From Bacillota bacterium (GTDB taxonomy: Bacteria; Bacillota; Sulfobacillia; DUMF01): DNA of 64,000 nucleotides. Below the pieces are notes generated by a model. The model was not told where the DNA came from and did not search any database. It was given only the letters and a program-made list of their open reading frames with translations. Numbering within the stretch: the stretch's first letter is position 1; the number at the start of each line of letters is the position of its first letter. Position numbers and translations under genes: made by a program. The stretch is taken from assembly GCA_012840015.1 (NCBI GenBank), contig DUMF01000017.1, positions 16,376 to 80,375 of the forward strand, read 5' to 3'. Below are positions 58,701 through 64,000 of the stretch, piece after piece.

Positions 58701-59345
58701 GGCAAGACCTTCGGTGAGCGTCTGATCGAAGGCATAGGGCCATACATCGATGAGCTGAACAAGATGGTCTCTTCGGCCCTCACAGCGGCTTCAGGAGCTA
58801 GGACCACTCCAGCTTCTGGGAGCGGTGGAGGCTATGCTGAACAGATAAGCAGAATCTCAGCCTCCGACTTAGCCAAACTCCGGGAAAACAGTCGGCAGTG
58901 GTGGGAGGTCCAAAACAATCCCAACCTCTCGCCCGAGCAGAAGAAGGCAATACAGGACGCCCTGCACGCCGAGAACGCCGCGATCCAGGGCAAATACGGC
59001 ATCCCGGCGGAGGCAAGTGAGACCGAGATTAACTGGTCAAGAATGCACTCGGGCGGAATCGTCAAGTCGAACCCCCTGGCGGAGTTTCTGAGAAACGCAC
59101 TCCTGTTGAAGCCTCAGGAAGTGCCGGTCATATTGCAGGAGGGCGAGATCGTCCTGCCGCGCTCGTTCAGGCTGCCAAATCTTGCGAGCCTGGGTTCGGT
59201 CTCGGTCGCGCCTGCATTTGCGGGTGCGCCTACAATCAACGTGACGATATCAGACTGCACCTTCCAGGACGGCACCGATGCCGGTCGTCAGATAGGCACG
59301 GCCATTGTCTCCGAGCTGCGAAGACGAGGAGTGATGCGGTATTGA
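55734..59345 (+). CDS. Tail tape measure protein
   Basis: About 1203 aa, Ala/Glu/Lys-rich coiled coil (…EKEQRTRAVRDAIDAEKERVDAIIAEIDRER…). Canonical position after G/GT. Confidence 0.85.
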   Translation: MALMQLREIDQQARKAGSTLGGLVKQAASFAAGIGLWQGFTATARALGNTFIGLNTQFQQAGMALETMLGSSEKARSLLSDLEAFAARTPFEFPELMDATQRMMALGFSAEEVIPTLQAVGDAAAAMHKGKEGIDRIILALGQMRAKGKVTGEEMRQLTEAGIPAWDLLARAIGKSVPEVQKLAEKGLIPADKAVQVLVQGMEDKFAGMMDKFADMFPGVVSTIRDNVKMLFKDLTSGPFADMTEWLKGIRDWTSRIREAYVGATKAASGIAGVEAESRRKAGLAAVYDLLVPKGSKLREELDPVLTALNDFWKSVTSAASKFVPVIRDAWESIRPVALTIARAIAEAGSKAAQLAGVIADNWSKIKPVILGVATSFAVLKTSMALEKAAKGIPELISSIVEKGRYQAKLFDMAIRDSSGVLGKFKAAIQALTGVNPVFLAIGAAVTAVAVLAFELYRNWKDVPPFFRALWETIKATFALGWSGIAVVLREMQLGVAKVLNATLGNVLRFAAKVAEVFGKIPGAREFVGGIQAALEGGAEWFAGFEESSAKALDEAKGDILEASRNLGQRWEELKATGSVLGKAIGSDLAAIFTAAKAKAKEAFGAIIPGLQSVGDKATEAGRKAETGLGDGFGLGAEEARQAVDKAVSAIEKLISEAGNTLGEGTDKAAVRLQNALASAMAAVKALGGAAGQELADDLSGAAALVEAAVKGRSEEAAVALLEKLGRASAKVASLIKDDSGEAAQSLKNALSEAAQEVQDRFKQLTEEAKKQQIESIDRLNDALVSALRKRYEKEKEQRTRAVRDAIDAEKERVDAIIAEIDRERWAREEATNDALRLQIRSIWAEIDAIEELTRKEEEEAKQAEQRARILELQAKIAEETDPVERQKLQMELAKELAEQERQQILAQREERKKQLQKQLEDIRYQQEQSLKAFQATKQKELDYLENEYYPRLLQDAALQAEAEKMILAGKHAEILELLQQYGEGWKDLGKTFGERLIEGIGPYIDELNKMVSSALTAASGARTTPASGSGGGYAEQISRISASDLAKLRENSRQWWEVQNNPNLSPEQKKAIQDALHAENAAIQGKYGIPAEASETEINWSRMHSGGIVKSNPLAEFLRNALLLKPQEVPVILQEGEIVLPRSFRLPNLASLGSVSVAPAFAGAPTINVTISDCTFQDGTDAGRQIGTAIVSELRRRGVMRY

Positions 59346-59477
59346 ATGACAGGCTCGACGTAAAATGCTCGGTGAAAATCCAACTGAACAGCGGCAACAC
59401 AGAGCCCCGGAAAATAGAAGTCCCGGGGCTCTTACGTTTGAGGCAGTTAGTTGAGGACCTGAAAAGGAGGAACAAGG

Positions 59478-59945
59478 ATGGCAATATTCGACCTGCTAAG
59501 AAGGCTGAGAAGTAAGTCGGGAGTCCGTGGGCAGTGTCTGGTTGAACTCTTCGACGAGCACGGTAGGCTTAAGGAGCGCAGGCTCGTTAAGAACCTTATT
59601 GTGAACAACGGCAAGTACGCGATTACAGAACAACTGCTTGACTCGCCTAGTATCGCCAAACCGAGTCACATGGGAATAGGCACGGGGACAACTGCTCCTG
59701 CGGCTACAGATACGGCGCTTGGTACTGAGGTCGGGACCCGGGTGTCTGTGACCAAGTCCCGGTCGAACAACGTACTTACGTTGAGCGCAACGTTTGGTGC
59801 TGGTAACGGCACAGGGGCCATAACAGAGGCGGGGATATTCAATGCGGCGACTGCAGGGACGATGTACAGCAGGATCACGTTTGCAGCTATAAATAAAGGT
59901 TCAAATGATTCGCTCACTTTGACATGGACTTGGACTATTGGATGA
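59478..59945 (+). CDS. Hypothetical Gly/Thr/Ala-rich tail-tip-region protein (155 aa)
   Basis: β-rich low-complexity sequence (…TLTWTWTIG). Located immediately after the tape measure gene. Confidence 0.4.
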   Translation: MAIFDLLRRLRSKSGVRGQCLVELFDEHGRLKERRLVKNLIVNNGKYAITEQLLDSPSIAKPSHMGIGTGTTAPAATDTALGTEVGTRVSVTKSRSNNVLTLSATFGAGNGTGAITEAGIFNAATAGTMYSRITFAAINKGSNDSLTLTWTWTIG

Positions 59946-59962
59946 TTCTGGAAGTGGTCTAG

Positions 59963-62900
59963 TTGGCTAGGTTTGGCACAGGGCAATTTGGCAGCGCAAA
60001 ATTCGGAGTAGAGGAGCTTTCTGAGACCCAACTTAGCCTGCTCGAAACGCTGCAGAAGTCTTTTGCTCGTAGCCTGGCTGATTCGATCAGCCTTTCTGAT
60101 GTGCTGCTGACTGCTCTCAAGAAGGTTGTTAGTGAGTTGCTGGCTCTGGCGGAGTCAAGCGTTCGCGACATTGGGCCATCGGTTGCGGATTCTTTTGGGC
60201 TGTCCGACACCGCTTGGCAGGGGTTCTCAACGAATTTGGTCGATGCGTTGACGCTTTCTGAATCTGTGGCCCGTCTGGCTGCAGCGGTCCGAGCCGATTC
60301 AGTCACGTTGAGCGACCTTCTTTCGGCCTCAGCCATGAAGGTTTTGAGCGACGCCCTGAGCCTGGCCGATGCTTGTGCGACAGGAGCAACACTGAGCAAG
60401 GAAGACGTTCTGACTCTGGCAGACGGATTCAGCGTAGCAGTCGCCAAGGCGTTAGCCGACACCCTCGCGCTTGCGGAGGCGATCTCCGCGGTGACTGGGG
60501 CTTCTAGAGCTGAGTCGCTGGTCCTAGCGGATGCGTTGGCGTTAAACGTAGCCAAGGTTCTTGGCGATGATCCGGTGACCCTGGCTGACGTGTGGTTTAG
60601 GCTATTCACGACACGGGTAGAGAGTAACTTGGCTCAAGGCAAGCCGTATACGAAGAGCAAAGCGCCTTCGCCGTCGTATCCCGATACCAACCACTCTGAA
60701 TTCACCGACGGGAATGAAGGAGACAATTGGACCAGCGCTTTTGGTTATACTGCAGCGATTTTGGGCATTCCGGACGGCGCTGTAGGTTCGGTCGAAATTG
60801 TCGTAGACCTGGGATCGCCTGCAACGGTTAGCCGCGTTCGAGTGAAGACTGGCGGAGGCTCGCTGAGTTACAGAGCCGACCAACTGGACGTAGAGGTTAG
60901 CCAGGACGGTGTGGCTTTCATCCCCGTTGGAAGTACGACGCAGTTAATCGATACCTGGTATCACGAAGTAGGCTTCGAGCCAGTTATATGCCAGTTTGTT
61001 AAATTCCGTGTCGCAAAAGACTTTGCTCCAGCGGGCCAGCCTGGCGACTGGCTGTTCATAGGAGAGGGCTGGGTTTACGGTGAATGGGCAATTGATACAA
61101 TTGACAACGTAGCAGTGGCAACAACCAAGTCAGCCTCTGACCTCGTGGAGCTGACAGATACTCTTATCAAATCAGCTTCGACGTCGCTTTCCGAAATGCT
61201 CGCTCTCGTCGAAGCCATGGCAACCACAATCCAAAAAGTTGTTGATGAAAGCGCGAATGGGACCGATTCCCTGCAGGCAAGCACGAGCAAGGTTCTGGCT
61301 GACGTTGCTTCTCTGGCCGACGTAATTCGCACTGTGATAGACGCCTATCCCGGACGATCCGCATTGTTCGGTCTCGCAAGGTTCGGCTACGAGTATTTCG
61401 GCAACCAGCAACCTGGAGAAGCAGTAAGTCTCCGGGATGCGATAGCCAGCGAGATCGGATTTGGTGTGCTAGCAGAGGATCTGGAGGTACTGGCTGATGC
61501 GATAAGGTCCGCTGTGGAGAGGCTGGCTGCAGAGAATCCCGCGCTGCTGGATGCCATTGCGTCGGGCCTGGTGGCGCAGAGGCCGGATGAAACCGCTCTG
61601 GCGAGCGATGCCGTCGCGCTTCAGGTTGCCCGAGCAGTTGAATCGCTGCTGGCTGTCTCAGATGCCCTGTTAAGCATGGCCAGTGAGAAGGGTATTACCG
61701 ACACAGTAGCACCGGTGGTGGATTCTCTGACGAGTAAAGCGACGAAGGTTGTTGAACTGGCGCTCGCGTTGGGCGATCAGGCCGCAGCGCAAGTTGCTAA
61801 GTCTCTAAGTGGCGAGGCAGTAGCTCTGGCTGACGCGATAGCGCAAACTGCGGGTGTACAACTTGAGGACATTGCGCTCGACCTGGGCTCCGTGTTGCAG
61901 TCTGCTGATATGTCTGCAGCAATCGGCGGAGCTAGGTTTGGACGGTCCGCGTTCGGCTCAGTTTCGTTCGGCGACAAAGGGACCCGTGCCGCTACGACTG
62001 ACGACTTGGCAAAGGCAATAAGCACCGTTCTGGGCGATGTCATAAGTCATTTGGATGCTCTTGCACTCCAGGCTATCAAAACTGCTGCTTTGTCAATGAC
62101 GTTGACAGAGGCAGTAGCGCTTGTCGCGCAGAAGGTAGCTGCGGATTCGGCAAGCGTTGTGGACCTGAACACGTTTGCAGTGGCAAAGAGCCTTGGGCTC
62201 TCAGTGGCCGTGGCCGACGATGTTGCCAAAGCCGTTGCGATCGCGCTACAGGGTCTGAGTGTAACTACAGCGGACCAGGTTCAGGCTGCCCTTGCAATGC
62301 TCCGTCAAGCCCAGGACGAAATGGCGATAGTGGACGGTGTAGTCCGAGCGATTAATCTGCTCAGGGACGAACTTGTAGCCGTGGCTGACGAAGCCCGGAA
62401 AGACATCGATGCCAAGCGGGCTGAAACCCTGGCAATAGCGTCGGCACTGGGGAAAGATGTGGCTCACTTCCCACCTGGCGATGTGACAGGTTTACTCGAC
62501 GAGGTTGAATTGCTGGGTGCTCTCCTGGCTGGCGACCTCATGGCTCCCCTCATGGATGCCGTTACTGGCGAGGTGTACGAAGTGTTGAGTCAAGTCTTCA
62601 TAAACGGAATATCTGTGCTGACCAGGGGACTGACCATCAAAGAGAGCGTCGCTTCCCGTGTCGGCGAGTGTTCGTTCGTGATTCCCGATCCGACGCCGCA
62701 GGTTCTTTCCCTCTGCCAGCAGGGTGCAGATGTGCACGTCTACCTCAGCGATTCCGGCGAGAACATCGTCTGGGGCGGCAGGATTGTGTCGGCCAGCGTC
62801 GTATCGGTCAGTTCGCTGGTCCGCGAGATTCGAGTTACAGCCCAGGACTATGCTACACGGGCACAGTCGGTCCTGGTTTCCGGGGCCTGGGTGCAGACAA

Positions 62901-64000
62901 AGTACACGGACACAGTGAAGGCCCTTTGGCAGCAGTACGCACCGGAAGACAACCTGGTCCTTGAAGTAACCGACAACCCTAAAGTCGCCGAAAAGTGGGT
63001 CGTGAAGTGGGAAAGTCTTGCCGAAGCCACCGACAAGATTGCCCAGGTCCTCGGCTGGACCTGGCGCGTGGACTGGGACGGTGGCAAGAAGATATTCCGG
63101 TTCTTCGATCCCGGTGCTGAGGTACATCCGCGGGTCCTCTCTGTAGCGAACCTCAACATCGAGTCCGGCACCGCAGAGTTTGGCCAGGACGAGGAGATAG
63201 TAAACAGCGTCTACGTCCTGGGCGGTCAGACACTATACACACCCGACCCATATCGCAAAGTGGCCGATGGGCAGGAGACGTACTTCATCCTGCCGGCCAG
63301 GCCCTTCGAGCCCATCGCCATCAAGGTGGACGGCGTAGAGAAAACTTGGACCTACGAGGTTCCGTACTGGCCTGAAGGTAAAGACTGCATGGTCAACCCG
63401 GAAGGCAGATACGTGCGGTTCCGTACGGCTCCGGCGAGTGGGGCTGTAGTCGAGGTTACCTATCAGGCCATGCGTCCGGTCCGCGTTCACCTCGAAGAGC
63501 CTGGCAGCATTGCGCTGTACGGTAGGCACGACCGGGTTGTGAACGACTCCAAGATCGCGGACCCATTGCAGGCACGCGAGACGGCACGGAAGATCCTGCG
63601 CGAAAAGGCCTGGCCGAAACAGCACGGCACGATGAATGTCTACGAGCCTGGGCTTCGGGCGGGTAAGATCGTGCACGTGTACCTGCCCGACAGAGGAATC
63701 GATGGGTTGTATCAAATTGCAGAGATGACGTGGGCCGTTGACCGAGCCGTGATAAAGCGCAGCATATCACTCAACAGGGTAGCAGATGCCGGGGCAAGCA
63801 TCGCGCAGGTCATCAAGGCACTGGCGGAGCGTGTGGCTGCACTGGAAGCGGGAGCGGACAGCGAGAATGCAACTGTCGATCGCTTCATTGATCAGTCACA
63901 GCGCGTGAAGATTGCCGTGAACGCTGACTGGGCAGGTAGCATTGTTGCAGCTCCTGGAGCTGATCAATACTCAGCGTTTGACCTTGCGACCCGTGTCCTG
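59963..64000 (+). CDS. Post-tape-measure ORF open to the window end (>1,340 aa, 3' partial). Ala-rich helical regions and a discoidin-like segment.
   Basis: Hand translation shows a stop in this frame at 59960-62 and an open frame from 59963 (TTG) to the end of the window. The ORF track lists no + strand ORFs here. The translation includes …DGNEGDNWTSAFGY…VKFRVAKDF… and a region from …FINGISVLTRGLTIKESV…. Confidence 0.55.
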   Translation, partial: MARFGTGQFGSAKFGVEELSETQLSLLETLQKSFARSLADSISLSDVLLTALKKVVSELLALAESSVRDIGPSVADSFGLSDTAWQGFSTNLVDALTLSESVARLAAAVRADSVTLSDLLSASAMKVLSDALSLADACATGATLSKEDVLTLADGFSVAVAKALADTLALAEAISAVTGASRAESLVLADALALNVAKVLGDDPVTLADVWFRLFTTRVESNLAQGKPYTKSKAPSPSYPDTNHSEFTDGNEGDNWTSAFGYTAAILGIPDGAVGSVEIVVDLGSPATVSRVRVKTGGGSLSYRADQLDVEVSQDGVAFIPVGSTTQLIDTWYHEVGFEPVICQFVKFRVAKDFAPAGQPGDWLFIGEGWVYGEWAIDTIDNVAVATTKSASDLVELTDTLIKSASTSLSEMLALVEAMATTIQKVVDESANGTDSLQASTSKVLADVASLADVIRTVIDAYPGRSALFGLARFGYEYFGNQQPGEAVSLRDAIASEIGFGVLAEDLEVLADAIRSAVERLAAENPALLDAIASGLVAQRPDETALASDAVALQVARAVESLLAVSDALLSMASEKGITDTVAPVVDSLTSKATKVVELALALGDQAAAQVAKSLSGEAVALADAIAQTAGVQLEDIALDLGSVLQSADMSAAIGGARFGRSAFGSVSFGDKGTRAATTDDLAKAISTVLGDVISHLDALALQAIKTAALSMTLTEAVALVAQKVAADSASVVDLNTFAVAKSLGLSVAVADDVAKAVAIALQGLSVTTADQVQAALAMLRQAQDEMAIVDGVVRAINLLRDELVAVADEARKDIDAKRAETLAIASALGKDVAHFPPGDVTGLLDEVELLGALLAGDLMAPLMDAVTGEVYEVLSQVFINGISVLTRGLTIKESVASRVGECSFVIPDPTPQVLSLCQQGADVHVYLSDSGENIVWGGRIVSASVVSVSSLVREIRVTAQDYATRAQSVLVSGAWVQTKYTDTVKALWQQYAPEDNLVLEVTDNPKVAEKWVVKWESLAEATDKIAQVLGWTWRVDWDGGKKIFRFFDPGAEVHPRVLSVANLNIESGTAEFGQDEEIVNSVYVLGGQTLYTPDPYRKVADGQETYFILPARPFEPIAIKVDGVEKTWTYEVPYWPEGKDCMVNPEGRYVRFRTAPASGAVVEVTYQAMRPVRVHLEEPGSIALYGRHDRVVNDSKIADPLQARETARKILREKAWPKQHGTMNVYEPGLRAGKIVHVYLPDRGIDGLYQIAEMTWAVDRAVIKRSISLNRVADAGASIAQVIKALAERVAALEAGADSENATVDRFIDQSQRVKIAVNADWAGSIVAAPGADQYSAFDLATRVL

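Larger units (their letters stand above)
29134..64000. mobile_element. Integrated siphovirus-type prophage (left junction at the tRNA-Thr 3' end; right end beyond the window)
   Basis: An integrase lies directly 3' of tRNA-Thr, followed by a lysogeny switch and replication, recombination, packaging, head, tail and tape-measure genes in canonical order. The housekeeping synteny is interrupted at this point. Confidence 0.7.

Noticed and set aside
59959-63770. Series of minus-strand ORFs (59959..60609, 60602..60883, 61075..61332, 62492..63127, 63233..63715, …)
   Set aside because: All lie antisense to the open post-tape-measure ORF. Their compositions (Ala/Ser/Arg-rich) are typical of a GC-biased shadow frame.

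Overview
The window splits into two parts. Residues 1–29,133 are a housekeeping chromosomal segment of a Gram-positive, Firmicutes/Clostridia-like genome (about 55% GC). From about 29,134 to the end of the window (>35 kb) is an integrated siphovirus-type prophage that runs off the window.

Host part, in order:
- A β-aspartyl (isoaspartyl) dipeptidase-like gene, an amidinotransferase/DDAH-like gene and a polar amino-acid ABC importer.
- A flavin reductase with an ABC-2 exporter.
- carD-like, a hotdog thioesterase, trxB and rlmI.
- The complete class-III heat-shock operon ctsR-mcsA-mcsB-clpC, with a CtsR direct-repeat operator in front of ctsR, followed by radA.
- A Cys-rich small protein, tRNA-Ala(CGC), an amidohydrolase, an EF-G paralog, ackA with a PduL-type phosphotransacylase, a PIN/TRAM (YacL-like) protein and a fused ispDF.
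- cysS (TTG start overlapping ispDF), thyX (overlapping the cysS 3' end), rlmB and sigH, which has a near-consensus sigma-A promoter and an intrinsic terminator.
- tRNA-Thr(UGU).

The prophage begins immediately 3' of tRNA-Thr. Lysogeny module:
- A tyrosine integrase.
- A PIN (VapC-like) gene translationally coupled to an unusual 263-aa upstream partner.
- An ImmA-like HExxH peptidase with an XRE cI-like repressor, and a divergent Cro-like gene with palindromic operators.

Replication/recombination module:
- A replisome-organizer gene with internal phased repeats (candidate ori).
- RusA.
- A DprA(Smf)-like gene tightly coupled to a ComF-like PRTase protein that carries a topoisomerase-type zinc ribbon.

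Packaging and morphogenesis module:
- An ArpU-like regulator, HNH, TerS/TerL, portal, and a MuF-like minor head protein with a C-terminal extension and a structured noncoding gap after it.
- Scaffold, capsid, head-tail genes, a tail chaperone with a T_TTT_TTC -1 frameshift site, and the tape measure protein.
- A post-tape-measure ORF open for >1,340 aa to the window end, alanine-rich with a discoidin-like segment.

Two reverse-strand candidate morons lie inside the late operon: a 66-aa ORF between the head-closure and gp10-like genes, and a glycine-zipper ORF between the tail chaperone and the tape measure gene.

All functional calls rest on motifs I can read in the translations plus gene order; no database search was possible. 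My own position indexing may be off by 1–2 nt in places.
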